DNA of 49,747 nt from Bacteroidales bacterium (GCA_015712185.1 JADDYF010000013.1:1-49747); one strand, 5' to 3'; counted from the first letter of the stretch, positions 8,623-18,076 are shown. The notes: generated from the sequence alone by a model not told the origin. Numbers and translations are program-made.

Positions 8623-11547
8623 TTAATAGGTTAAGCTGACACCCAGCAGGAAGGTCCTCGGACGCGGATAGATGTTATTGTCGATACCGCTGAATACCTC
8701 GGGATCAAGACCAGAGTATTTAGTCAGTGTGATCAGATTCTGCGAAGTCAGATATAATCTTAACCTGAACCTTTCCTGGAAGAGGTTATTGAAGTTATAG
8801 GCCAGTGAGATGTTGTCAAGCTTCATGAATGATCCGTTCTCGATATAATAATCAGAGAAATACTGGGAGTTTTCAAAATTTGTCTCCTGAACATTCTTAA
8901 CCCTGTTTGACAGGTATCCTGAAGCTGCAACGTTTGCATAGGAACCCGAGCTGAATACGTTGTTGTAAACATAGTTGCCGAGGCTTATCCTGCCGTTGAA
9001 TGAGAAGTCGAAGTTCTTATATCTGAAAAGTGAGGAGTAGCCCATCAGAACTGTCGGAGCAGGTTTCTTGTACCTGTACCTGTCATCGCCTGTGATAGCC
9101 TTATCGTTGTTACGGTCAACATAAAGTCCTTCGATCGGATTGCCTTCAGCATCATACACCTGTTCCTGTATATAGAATGCGTATGACGGATATCCCACAC
9201 TGTGGATCTGTATGGTATTGCCGACACCGCCGGATATCCCGCCGACATAAACGCCTTTATAGTCCGGATCGTCAACAGCGGTCAGCTTGGTGATCTTGTT
9301 GGTATTGTAGCTTGTGTTAAATCCTATCTCCCAGTCGATGTTTGCCGTTGTTACTGCTTTTGCATTGATAGAAAACTCTATCCCTTTGTTTTCGAGGTCA
9401 CCCACGTTTGTCACAATCTGGTTAGTCAGGTTGGTCCCGGCCGGAACAGGAATCTGGTTGATGAGATCTTTGGTCTTCCTGTAATAGACGTCAATATCAC
9501 CGGTAATGCGGTCTTTCAGGAACCCGTAGTCAAGACCAAGGTTTAAGGTTGTTGTCTCCTCCCATTTAAGGTTTGCATCATAACCCCCGGCCCTTGACGT
9601 CTGGACGTATCTGTTACCAAACTGGTAATAGGCACCCACGTCGGCAAAGGTGTAAACAGCCTGGTAGGGATAGTCATTATCGCTGAGATTTTGCTGGCCT
9701 GTTATACCATATCCAAGCCGCAGTTTAAGATTTGAAACAAACTGGTTGGCGAAGAAACTCTCTTTTGAAATGTTCCATGCTGCTGCGGCAGATGGGAACA
9801 GTCCCCATCTTGTCTCCGGAGAGAACCTCGAAGAACCGTCATCACGGAGAGTAAATGTCAGCAGGTACCTGTCTTTGAATACATAATTGACCCTTCCGAA
9901 GAACGAAACAAGGTAGCTTTCAGATTTGTAATCAGTGTTGTCATAAGTTACGCTGCCGTCATTTGACATTGTCAGGTTATTGCCATCTCTGTAGAAGTGC
10001 TGCCAGGAATATCCCACAACAGCATTTACACGGCTGTGTCCGCCAAACTCACCATTATAGTCAAAGTAGAAATCGAGGAGCGAGTTGGTCTTACGCTGTG
10101 AATAATCGGTAAATCTCCCTAGTCCGTGATAGGTGGAATAGGAAAGGAATGAACCTACCGGTATCTTTACGGTACCGTCACTGGCCGATTTGTCAAGACC
10201 AAGGTTCAGCTTTGCCCTTAGCTGAGGGAAGAAATGAAGCTTATATTCCAGCTGAAGGTTACCAAGCAGACGTTTCACTGTTGAAACATCATCCTGGTCA
10301 TAAAGCTGGGTCAATGGATTCATCGGGGCAACAAAAAGCGGAGAACCATCCGGATTTTTCCAGAGGTAGTCGGGTGACTGTGTCGGATCCATTGACAGGG
10401 AACCGCCGATTGCACCCTGGTTTGCAAAGATGTTGTTATTGATCATCCCCTTTGCATTCAGTTCAACTCTCAGATGATCATCAAGGAATGACGGATTAAG
10501 GTTAATGGAACCTGTAAAGCGTTCCAGATTGTCGGTCTTCAGAATACCGTTCTGATTGGTATATCCGATGCTTGCCCTGTACGGCAGAATGCCGAGGCCG
10601 CCCGAGAAGCTAAGGTTATGGTCCTGGGAAACTGATGTCCGGAAAACTTCCCTCTGCCAGTCGGTATCGTAGTCGCCCAGAAGGGCCTGAGCCTGAGCAT
10701 TTGATGCATATTTTGTAGCAATAAGCTGCCGGAACTCATCTGCTGAAAATACTTCAACAAATTTTATCGGGCTACTCATCGAAACACTTCCTGTATAATT
10801 TGCCGTGAAAGGTTTTCCTGTGGCGCCTTTCTTGGTTGTTATAAGGATAACGCCGTTCGATGCCCTTGAACCATAGATTGCCGTTGCCGACGCGTCCTTG
10901 AGAACGGTAAAGGTCTCAATGTCGTTAGGGTTAATTGTGGAGAGCGGGTTTCTCATCCCGGTCGGACCTTCAGTGTCAACGGCCACACCGTCGATAACTA
11001 TAAGGGGATCGTTGCTTGCTCTCAGTGATGAACCGCCCCTGATGCGGATTGTAGCGCCGTCTCCCGGAGCACCACCGCTGGTGGTGATCTGTACCCCTGC
11101 CATTTTCCCGATGACCATTTCCTGAGGTGAGCTGACAATACCCGGATTGAAATACTCCGAGGTTACAGCCTTTACCGATCCTGTTGCATCTCCCTTGCGG
11201 ACGGTGCCATAGCCGATAACAACCACTTCCTGGAGAGCTGTACTTTCAATTGCCAGCGAAACGTTAATTACAGTCTGGTTGTTTACGGGGATTTCCTGGG
11301 GTGTATAACTGATGAACGAAAAAGCAAGTGTTGCAGTTGAAGCAACAGTTATGCTGTAATTTCCATTAACATCAGTTACTGTACCATTCGCGGTTCCCTT
11401 TTCGCGGATTGTTACCCCGATCAAAGCAGAACCGTCAGCCGCATCCGTTACTTTACCCGAGACCCGTATCCCCTGGGCTATAAGTGCCCCGGAAAAAACT
11501 GATCCGAGAAGAAGCAGATACAGCATCGTTAAAATTCGTTTTTTCAT
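8623..11547 (-). CDS. susC: SusC/RagA-family TonB-dependent outer-membrane transporter
   Basis: 974 aa with a signal peptide. Carboxypeptidase-regulatory-like N-domain (IRVSGKVTDAADGSALIGVTI). Plug domain (IETFTVLKDASATAIYGSRASNGVILITTKKG). Long beta-barrel ending in an aromatic residue (GVSLTY). Confidence 0.93.
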   Translation of the reverse strand: MKKRILTMLYLLLLGSVFSGALIAQGIRVSGKVTDAADGSALIGVTIREKGTANGTVTDVNGNYSITVASTATLAFSFISYTPQEIPVNNQTVINVSLAIESTALQEVVVIGYGTVRKGDATGSVKAVTSEYFNPGIVSSPQEMVIGKMAGVQITTSGGAPGDGATIRIRGGSSLRASNDPLIVIDGVAVDTEGPTGMRNPLSTINPNDIETFTVLKDASATAIYGSRASNGVILITTKKGATGKPFTANYTGSVSMSSPIKFVEVFSADEFRQLIATKYASNAQAQALLGDYDTDWQREVFRTSVSQDHNLSFSGGLGILPYRASIGYTNQNGILKTDNLERFTGSINLNPSFLDDHLRVELNAKGMINNNIFANQGAIGGSLSMDPTQSPDYLWKNPDGSPLFVAPMNPLTQLYDQDDVSTVKRLLGNLQLEYKLHFFPQLRAKLNLGLDKSASDGTVKIPVGSFLSYSTYHGLGRFTDYSQRKTNSLLDFYFDYNGEFGGHSRVNAVVGYSWQHFYRDGNNLTMSNDGSVTYDNTDYKSESYLVSFFGRVNYVFKDRYLLTFTLRDDGSSRFSPETRWGLFPSAAAAWNISKESFFANQFVSNLKLRLGYGITGQQNLSDNDYPYQAVYTFADVGAYYQFGNRYVQTSRAGGYDANLKWEETTTLNLGLDYGFLKDRITGDIDVYYRKTKDLINQIPVPAGTNLTNQIVTNVGDLENKGIEFSINAKAVTTANIDWEIGFNTSYNTNKITKLTAVDDPDYKGVYVGGISGGVGNTIQIHSVGYPSYAFYIQEQVYDAEGNPIEGLYVDRNNDKAITGDDRYRYKKPAPTVLMGYSSLFRYKNFDFSFNGRISLGNYVYNNVFSSGSYANVAASGYLSNRVKNVQETNFENSQYFSDYYIENGSFMKLDNISLAYNFNNLFQERFRLRLYLTSQNLITLTKYSGLDPEVFSGIDNNIYPRPRTFLLGVSLTY

Positions 11548-11623
11548 AGAATGATTAATTAAATGATAGTAGCAGTTTACTTGATTAATTTATTTCCTCA
11601 ATCTCATTTGGTTTTAAGTTTGA

Positions 11624-11631
11624 CAAATATA
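11624..11631 (-). promoter_or_regulatory. Candidate Bacteroidota -7 promoter element (TATATTTG on the minus strand) for susC
   Basis: The plus-strand CAAATATA is the reverse complement of the TAnnTTTG consensus used by the Bacteroidota primary sigma factor. It lies 77 nt upstream of the susC ATG. Confidence 0.35.
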
Positions 11632-11695
11632 AAATAAATTTTTATCCCCGCCTAATTGAAACCATTAATTTTCAATAAATTAACATGGTTTACCG

Positions 11696-11705
11696 CAAAC
11701 GTTTG
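11696..11705. promoter_or_regulatory. Candidate LacI-family operator, perfect palindrome CAAACGTTTG
   Basis: Perfect 10-bp palindrome with a central CG, in the 324-bp divergent region between susC and the LacI-family gene. It resembles the AAACG/CGTTT core of LacI/GalR/CcpA-type operators. Confidence 0.45.
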
Positions 11706-11871
11706 AAATGATTATTTTTTGCTGATCTTATCTGTCGGAGCACAAAAATTATGCAATTTGTTTCTTTTATGTATATGAAAATAAATCCGGCGGGAATGAT
11801 ATTTAACATTTTTATGAAAAACAGAATATTTCATTTAATTTGGACAGGCACAAAAACAATTCTGATACAGG

Positions 11872-12888
11872 ATGCATAAAGGGCAGGTAACAATTAAAGA
11901 TATTGCAAAGGAGCTTGGGATTTCTCCTTCGACTGTGTCAAAAGCATTAAAAGGCCATCCGGATATCAGTTCTTCAACAAAAAAAGCTGTAATGGACCTT
12001 GTTGAAAAATGGAATTATAAACCGGATCCCATTGCACAGAGTCTCCAGAGTGGTTTCAGCAAAACAATAGGTGTAATTGTTCCGGAGGTAATTCACTATT
12101 TTTTCTCAACAGTCATCGGGGGAATAGGAGATCTGGCATATGATTCGGGATACCAGGTGATGTTCTGCCAGTCAAACGAATCATACGAACGGGAAGTAAA
12201 TGCTGTTGAAACCTTGCTGACAAACAGGGTAAACGGGATCCTGGTTTCCATAACGAAGGAGACAGAAAACTTTAACCATCTGAGAAAAATACAGAAAGCC
12301 GGGATACCTGTTGTTTTTTTCGACCGTATATGCAATGAGATTGAGTCTGACAGAGTGGTGGTTGATGATGAGGAAGGAGCATACAAGGCCGTAAAGCACC
12401 TTATTGCAATGGGATGCAGGAATATTGTTCACCTTTCAGGTCCGCCAAACCTGATGATAGGAAAGTACAGGAAAGATGGATATATAAGAGCTCTTTCAGA
12501 GCATGGCTTCCCCGTTATTGAGAGGAATATTATCAGGTGCGACACTGTTGAAGAAGCCAGGCTGGTAATTCCGGGATTTTTATCAGGGAATAATATACCG
12601 GATGGCTTTTTTGCAGTAAATGATCTTACTGCTGCCGAAACAATGAAGATCGTTAAACGATATGGTTTTAACGTCCCGAAGGATATTGCGATTGTCGGCT
12701 ATTCAAGCGGCCAGATCACCGGTCTGACCGATCCGTCTTTAAGCTCTGTCGATCAGCACGGCTACATAATGGGAAGGGAAGCAGTAAAGCTGTTGATTGA
12801 CCGTCTTGAAAAGGATTATTCCGCACCCTTCCAGACCAAAGTCATCAAAACGGAACTGGTAATCAACGGATCCTCGCTAAGACAATAA
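11872..12888 (+). CDS. LacI-family transcriptional regulator
   Basis: N-terminal HTH (VTIKDIAKELGISPSTVSKALKG), followed by a periplasmic-binding-protein-like sugar-binding domain. 338 aa. Divergent from the susC operon. Confidence 0.92.
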   Translation: MHKGQVTIKDIAKELGISPSTVSKALKGHPDISSSTKKAVMDLVEKWNYKPDPIAQSLQSGFSKTIGVIVPEVIHYFFSTVIGGIGDLAYDSGYQVMFCQSNESYEREVNAVETLLTNRVNGILVSITKETENFNHLRKIQKAGIPVVFFDRICNEIESDRVVVDDEEGAYKAVKHLIAMGCRNIVHLSGPPNLMIGKYRKDGYIRALSEHGFPVIERNIIRCDTVEEARLVIPGFLSGNNIPDGFFAVNDLTAAETMKIVKRYGFNVPKDIAIVGYSSGQITGLTDPSLSSVDQHGYIMGREAVKLLIDRLEKDYSAPFQTKVIKTELVINGSSLRQ

Positions 12889-12894
12889 GTGGGA

Positions 12895-13821
12895 TTAAAA
12901 TCCTGATGCTTTTAACCATGTGATGCATAATTCCGGCCAGGCAGCCTGGGTTCCCCTGTTCTCCGCAAGACCATAACCGTGTCCTCCCTTCTGAAATATA
13001 TGAAGCTCGGAAGGTATCCTGTATTTCAGCAAACCTTCATAATATACAAAGCTGTTTTTTACGGGAACTCCATTGTCGTCAGCAGAATGGACAATAAATG
13101 CAGGAGGTGTTTTTTGGGTTATCTGAAGCTCATTTGAGAATCTTTTTATGGCCTCGTCCGGCGGATTATCCCCGATGAGGTTCCTTCTGGAGCCTGCATG
13201 AGTGAAAGATGAATCCATTGTAATTACTGGATAGAGCAAAATGGAAAAATCGGGACGCGCGCTGGTTGTGTCTTTTGTATCATAAACCTTTTCAGCGAAA
13301 TGTGTCGAAAGGGTTGATGCAAGGTGTCCCCCTGCCGAGAAGCCAATAACGCCGATCTTCCGCGGATTGATGTTCCATGCTCCCGCGTTCCTGCGTATTG
13401 TACGCATCGCTTCCTGGGCATCCTGGAGGGGACCTATTGATTTATCTTTCATAATCAAGTCGGAAGGAAGACGGTATTTAAGTATGATACCGGCTATGCC
13501 ATTATCGTTCAGCCATTCAGCTATCGCATTCCCTTCATGGTCAAAAGCAAGCGTGCCATACCCTCCTCCGGGGCAGATAAGCACAGCGGTACCTGTAGCT
13601 TTATCCTTCTGAGGCAGGCAAACAGTGATTGCAGGGTCAGTAACTTTCACCCATCTGGTTATTATACCGTTGGCTACGGTGGAAACTTCGGTATAGGAAG
13701 CATCGCGCATCGAACCCGGAATGCCATCAGGCCACAGGACAAGGGTTTTAACCTGTGCATTAAGGTTAATGCCTGTTAGGGCAGATGCAAGGCAGGCTAT
13801 GATCAGTATTCGCTTCTTCAT
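12895..13821 (-). CDS. Secreted alpha/beta-hydrolase (carbohydrate esterase / acetyl-esterase-lipase-like)
   Basis: Signal peptide. Oxyanion-type motif CPGGGYG, nucleophile elbow GFSAGGHL, downstream Asp (SADDNGV) and His (GGHGYG). Confidence 0.8.
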   Translation of the reverse strand: MKKRILIIACLASALTGINLNAQVKTLVLWPDGIPGSMRDASYTEVSTVANGIITRWVKVTDPAITVCLPQKDKATGTAVLICPGGGYGTLAFDHEGNAIAEWLNDNGIAGIILKYRLPSDLIMKDKSIGPLQDAQEAMRTIRRNAGAWNINPRKIGVIGFSAGGHLASTLSTHFAEKVYDTKDTTSARPDFSILLYPVITMDSSFTHAGSRRNLIGDNPPDEAIKRFSNELQITQKTPPAFIVHSADDNGVPVKNSFVYYEGLLKYRIPSELHIFQKGGHGYGLAENRGTQAAWPELCITWLKASGF

Positions 13822-13835
13822 CTTTTTATTATTAG

Positions 13836-15497
13836 TTATTCAGGTAAATATTGCAGTATCTGTCCGTCGGATTCTAGCCTGTTCTTAATTTCTTCATATG
13901 CCAGGTCGTGAATATTCTTTCGTTTTTCGAGTGCCATTGAAGCAACAGTCCCGGCACTCTGGCCAAGTATCATAAATACAGGTTCCATCCTTATCGACCC
14001 GAATGCAATATGTGAACAGGAGACGCAAACAGGAACAATAAGGTTGATGCACTCTTCCTTTTCGGGCAGCAGGGAACCAAGGTCGATCTGATAAGGTTTT
14101 GGAGCCCTTACCCCGATATCCCCTTCGTTCTGTACAAATCCTTCAGGAGTGACATATCTCTGAACATTGTGGGAATCCATTGTGTATGAACCCATTCCGA
14201 CAGGTCTGGGCACAGGTCTTTTGTTCAGCACATCATTTTCTGTCATAACGTATTCTCCCAGCATCCTGCGGGCTTCCCTCACATAGATGTTATATGGCCA
14301 GTAGCCATTATCAACAAATTCGTCTTTTGAATAACCCCACGAATTCATTGTCTCCCTGACCCAGGCAGGAAGACGGGCGTCGGTTGACATAAAATAGAGC
14401 AATCCCTTCTGATATGTTATGTGTTCTTTTATGATCTCCCTTCGTCTTTCATAAGAGGCTTCAGGATAGTCCCAGTTCTCCCCGATATTATCATAGCTGA
14501 ACGGGCCATGATTGTTTACATCAGTTTTCATGTTAGGAATGGCATCATATTTTGCGAAGAATTCGTTCCACCGTGTTTCAGCCACCCTTACCAGGAGCTC
14601 ATACTGTGTGCTGTCGTAACCCTCGGATTTCGTGATGGGCGCCTTATTCCCCGGATGTTGTGTAAGGCAGAGCCTGAAACAATATGCCTGGATCTTTTTG
14701 TCTCCGTTACCGTTCTCCCCCGGCTGTTCTGATGATATGCGCGGAAGGAGACCGCTGGAGGGATCCCCCGGGATCTTGTAGGGATCTATGTTATCCTTGA
14801 AATAGTGTCCGTGATGAAAAACTCCCTTCTGAACACCGTTCCATGTTTCGTTGTAGACGCTGTTTGCTTCGCGGCCGACGGTGTAGGTCACTCCGGCGGA
14901 GGCCATCAGATCACCTTCATAGGTGGCATCAATAAAGATATTACCTTTAAAAAGCATACCGCTCAGGGTCCTTATCGAAATGATCCTGTTATTTTTCCTG
15001 GTTACTCCGGTTTCCCTGTCAAGCCACTCATCGCGGTAAACAGTTATTTTATTGTCAGCGATCAGCTTCTCAAATGCTGCCTCAGCCACGTGGGGTTCAA
15101 ATATCCACATGGTTCTCTTCTCACCATCGATGGCGGGATTACCCTGTCCTCTGTTGCCATATTCCGATTGTTTCTGCCAGTTCCACGATCCGGGCTTCTG
15201 GTAGTGCTGATAAATGAGCTGGTAGAATTCCCGGGCAAGACCGCCTATCACTTCCTTATTGCCGGTATCGGTAAATCCCAGTCCGGAAGAGGAGAGTCCT
15301 CCAAGATGCTTATCGGGTGAGACGACGATGACACTCCTTCCCATTCTTACGACCTGTACTGCAGTTGTCACTGCCGCAGATGTTCCGCCGTAAACAATTA
15401 CATCAGCTTTTATGGTCTGTTTTCCCTGTTCATCCCTGCAGGTGTTTCCGGAAGAACATAATACGGCCAGAATAAAAAATGTCGTGATTTTTTTCAT
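13836..15497 (-). CDS. FAD-dependent oxidoreductase of the type found in polysaccharide utilisation loci, substrate unknown
   Basis: Signal peptide, then a Rossmann dinucleotide-binding motif (VIVYGGTSAAVTTAVQVVRMGRSVIVVSPDKHLGGLSSSGLG). 553 aa. Confidence 0.8.
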   Translation of the reverse strand: MKKITTFFILAVLCSSGNTCRDEQGKQTIKADVIVYGGTSAAVTTAVQVVRMGRSVIVVSPDKHLGGLSSSGLGFTDTGNKEVIGGLAREFYQLIYQHYQKPGSWNWQKQSEYGNRGQGNPAIDGEKRTMWIFEPHVAEAAFEKLIADNKITVYRDEWLDRETGVTRKNNRIISIRTLSGMLFKGNIFIDATYEGDLMASAGVTYTVGREANSVYNETWNGVQKGVFHHGHYFKDNIDPYKIPGDPSSGLLPRISSEQPGENGNGDKKIQAYCFRLCLTQHPGNKAPITKSEGYDSTQYELLVRVAETRWNEFFAKYDAIPNMKTDVNNHGPFSYDNIGENWDYPEASYERRREIIKEHITYQKGLLYFMSTDARLPAWVRETMNSWGYSKDEFVDNGYWPYNIYVREARRMLGEYVMTENDVLNKRPVPRPVGMGSYTMDSHNVQRYVTPEGFVQNEGDIGVRAPKPYQIDLGSLLPEKEECINLIVPVCVSCSHIAFGSIRMEPVFMILGQSAGTVASMALEKRKNIHDLAYEEIKNRLESDGQILQYLPE

Positions 15498-15547
15498 AAT
15501 TTATAGTTTATCCATGCGAAGTGCTATTGTAATTCAATAAAAATGCT

Positions 15548-15566
15548 GTAATTACAATGTAATTAC
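15548..15566. promoter_or_regulatory. Two copies of the 8-bp palindrome GTAATTAC spaced 11 bp start to start, upstream of the FAD-oxidoreductase gene
   Basis: GTAATTAC at 15548-15555 and 15559-15566, plus a degenerate third copy GTAATTCA at 15529-15536. All lie 32-70 nt upstream of the ATG at 15497. Confidence 0.3.
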
Positions 15567-15573
15567 GTCTATT

Positions 15574-15655
15574 AAAGTGCTCTTTGCTGGCGCGGATTTA
15601 CAATCCGTGCCTTTTGTTCCTGGCACCGATTTCAAATCGGCGCCAGCGCCGACGG
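15574..15655. repeat. Structured intergenic repeat, copy 1 (unit order A-B). The core 15586-15647 folds into a gapless four-way junction.
   Basis: Outer stem GCTGGCGC/GCGCCAGC (8 bp) encloses three hairpins: GGATT-TAC-AATCC, GTGCC-(10 nt)-GGCAC and CGATT-TCA-AATCG, with no unpaired junction bases. Unit A matches 19835-19881 at 42 of 47 positions. Unit B matches 19801-19835 at 28 of 35. Confidence 0.6.
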
Positions 15656-15688
15656 TCTCCGGCCGATCTTTATCCAGTATTTGTAAAT

Positions 15689-17824
15689 TTAACGGACTTT
15701 TTTAAATATCAGTTTATTAAAACCCGGAGTCAGTTTATAGGAAACACCGTCAAGAAGCACCAGATCACAATCCATGTTTCCCGGGATATTTATTGTATAT
15801 TCTTTATCTCCTTCTGTATCGCTGAATTCAGCCGTTATGGTTCCACGTATTGTAGGTACGGAAATTCTGCTGTGCTTAAGGCTGCCAAGCTGGGGTCTGA
15901 TGACGGCTTTTTTAAAACCCGGTTCAGCGGGAGCTATTCCCCACATATATCCAGGAATTATATTTACCGGCGCCGCTCCCCATGCATGGTTCCAGTCGGA
16001 GTTTGGCTTGTATTTCATATCCCATGCCTCCATAGCAATTGTTGAACCGCATCTGATCATATTCCACCAGCTCCTGTCACCGGTCGAGGTAAGCAGGCTG
16101 TAAGCATAGTCTGCCTCACCTTCCCTGTATAAACCTTCGAGAAGATACTGTGATCCGTATACGCTGCAAGCCATCCCCCGCGATTTTATGAATTCAATGA
16201 CCGTTTTCTTATGCTCTTCAGGAACTATTCCGAATGCCAGCGGCATCATATTGGCGTGAAGAGATGCGTGCAGTGAAGATTCGCCGTCTAAATATATTCC
16301 TCTTGACTTATCAAGGAGTTTTGAGTTGATTGTGTCCCTGACTCTCAACGACTCGCTGTGATAGAATACTGAATCATCCAGTTTGCCCAGGATTCCTGCC
16401 ACTTCAGACATCAGGACAAGGTTGCGGTAATAAAATACATTTACCATGGTGTTTATCTCAACCATTTCGTAGCCGTCCCTTTCACCTTCGGGACCGGCCA
16501 GCTTCCATCCGGTATCTTTCTGGGCCGGTGGCCAGTCGACAATATCCCTGATCCTTTCCTTCACATTCGAAAAGCCCAGGCCTGCCATTATTTCATCAGT
16601 CACATTTTTCGAACTTATCAGGCCATCTTCCCTGGCTATTGAACTTAAAGTTTTATGCTTCAGTTCTTCATAGTATGCTCCGATTGATTCTGTATTTCCG
16701 GTGAACATGTAATCGTTCCAGAACATCAGCAGAGTTTGGAGAATCCATTCTGTCGGCCATGTGGGATGCCTGATAAAATATTCATTTGAGATCCTTGCCA
16801 TAGAATATTCACGGTCGGTGTAGTAATGGCCAAGCTGGTTGATATAAGCATCTGCTTCATACGGAATCCTTTCCCTGTCGCCGTCGATATATATACCCGT
16901 GAAGGATGTCGCCTTCATTGTATATTTGCAGAGATCCCATACCTGGTTAAGTATTGTATCGGAACTGGCAAAGCTGCTTGCGTCATCATCGAAATAATAA
17001 CTGAACACTTTCCGGGAGATATTTTCAGGTTTAAGACTGAATCTGCAGTTTTCAAGCTCGGCATACCTGAAGGGAGCTATGACCCCGAATGAATCGGGAA
17101 GATGAACTGCTGCGGGACCGGTATTCCTTTTGTCGGGAGGCAGTGAGGCAGTATAACTCTTTTTTCCGCGTGTGACAGGCAGGAGCACTTTAAAGTAACG
17201 GATAGTCCCTCCGGGATTTCTGTCGATATGATGTGTCCCGGAGAGTTTTTCACCAAGGTGTATTATGACAGTGTCATTTTCTGTCGGATTGAATTCAAGG
17301 AAAAGAGTTCCGAAGGCATCCCTTCCGAAATCGATAAAATAATGGTTGTCGTCAGATCTGACAATCGTTTCAGCTGGATTCAGGGCTGACAGGAACCTGT
17401 TTGGAGTAGTTATATAGCCATCCGGATCCCCGATGGTAAATGACTGAATTTTGGAATAAGGTGTGGGCTGGCTGTTTTCATCCCAGATCCTGACTTTCCA
17501 GTAATAGGTTTTACCCGGGTAGAGATTGTCGTCCCCGAATTCAATCTCACACGATTGAGGACTTATAGTCTTTTGACTGCTCCAGATGTCAGCAACACCA
17601 CTTTTCAGGTTTCTCACTGAGGATGCAACAAGTATCTCGTAGGCAGTCTGCCGCTTTGCTTCATGCGGTACAATCCATGTGAATTCGGGCTTGAGGTCCA
17701 TGATTCTGACTCCGACCGGATCACGGATAAACTCAACCATCAATCCTGAGGGCACCGGAGGAGTGTTATCACATGATACCGGGAAGACCATCAGTGCAAG
17801 TATATAGATCCGGAATCCTTTCAT
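15689..17824 (-). CDS. GH78-family alpha-L-rhamnosidase-like glycoside hydrolase
   Basis: Rhamnosidase N-terminal domain pattern (PEFTWIVPHEAKRQTAYEILVASS...GKTYYWKVRIWDENSQPTPYS). Six-hairpin catalytic region with IDGDRERIPYEADAY and C-terminal WNHAWGAAP. Confidence 0.7.
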   Translation of the reverse strand: MKGFRIYILALMVFPVSCDNTPPVPSGLMVEFIRDPVGVRIMDLKPEFTWIVPHEAKRQTAYEILVASSVRNLKSGVADIWSSQKTISPQSCEIEFGDDNLYPGKTYYWKVRIWDENSQPTPYSKIQSFTIGDPDGYITTPNRFLSALNPAETIVRSDDNHYFIDFGRDAFGTLFLEFNPTENDTVIIHLGEKLSGTHHIDRNPGGTIRYFKVLLPVTRGKKSYTASLPPDKRNTGPAAVHLPDSFGVIAPFRYAELENCRFSLKPENISRKVFSYYFDDDASSFASSDTILNQVWDLCKYTMKATSFTGIYIDGDRERIPYEADAYINQLGHYYTDREYSMARISNEYFIRHPTWPTEWILQTLLMFWNDYMFTGNTESIGAYYEELKHKTLSSIAREDGLISSKNVTDEIMAGLGFSNVKERIRDIVDWPPAQKDTGWKLAGPEGERDGYEMVEINTMVNVFYYRNLVLMSEVAGILGKLDDSVFYHSESLRVRDTINSKLLDKSRGIYLDGESSLHASLHANMMPLAFGIVPEEHKKTVIEFIKSRGMACSVYGSQYLLEGLYREGEADYAYSLLTSTGDRSWWNMIRCGSTIAMEAWDMKYKPNSDWNHAWGAAPVNIIPGYMWGIAPAEPGFKKAVIRPQLGSLKHSRISVPTIRGTITAEFSDTEGDKEYTINIPGNMDCDLVLLDGVSYKLTPGFNKLIFKKVR

Positions 17825-17855
17825 TTGCAGAATTTAAATATCTGTTACATGTTCA

Positions 17856-17868
17856 ATCTAATTTAGAT
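17856..17868. promoter_or_regulatory. 13-bp perfect palindrome ATCTAATTTAGAT upstream of GH78
   Basis: ATCTAA-T-TTAGAT, 32 nt upstream of the GH78 ATG, flanked by the 7-bp inverted repeat AATATCT and AGATATT. The context is AT-rich, so a chance occurrence is possible. Confidence 0.2.
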
Positions 17869-18002
17869 ATTATATTTCGTACTGTGAAATAACATGCTTT
17901 AATGATTATAAAGATATTTATTATGACGCATCGGTGAGAAAGCAGAATCAGAAATTTCAATTTTCATTTTTTTTCCACTGAAGGAACATGGATTAACACA
18001 GT

Positions 18003-18076
18003 GACACGGATTTACTCGGAGAAAACCCATAGTTACGTTTCCGTGTCCCTCTGTTAAAACTCCGAGCCCTCCGTGG
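18003..18076. repeat. Interleaved inverted repeats built on CACGGA/TCCGTG and CTCGGAG/CTCCGAG
   Basis: GACACGGA (18003-18010) pairs with TCCGTGTC (18040-18047). CTCGGAG (18015-18021) pairs with CTCCGAG (18060-18066). The order is a-b-a'-b'. A third copy, TCCGTGG, lies at 18070-18076. Confidence 0.35.

Noticed and set aside
15586-15647. The cloverleaf-folding 62-nt element as a tRNA or tRNA-like gene
   Set aside because: It has no unpaired junction or variable nucleotides, 3-nt loops on two arms, a 10-nt loop instead of a 7-nt anticodon loop, no T-loop GTTCRANNC or D-loop signatures, and an 8-bp closing stem. The geometry is incompatible with a tRNA.
15584-16045. 153-aa plus-strand ORF (MLARIYNPCLLFLAPISNRRQRRRSPADLY...)
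   Set aside because: Its N-terminus is simply a translation of the intergenic repeat, and the remainder is antisense to the well-supported GH78 gene. It is a shadow ORF.
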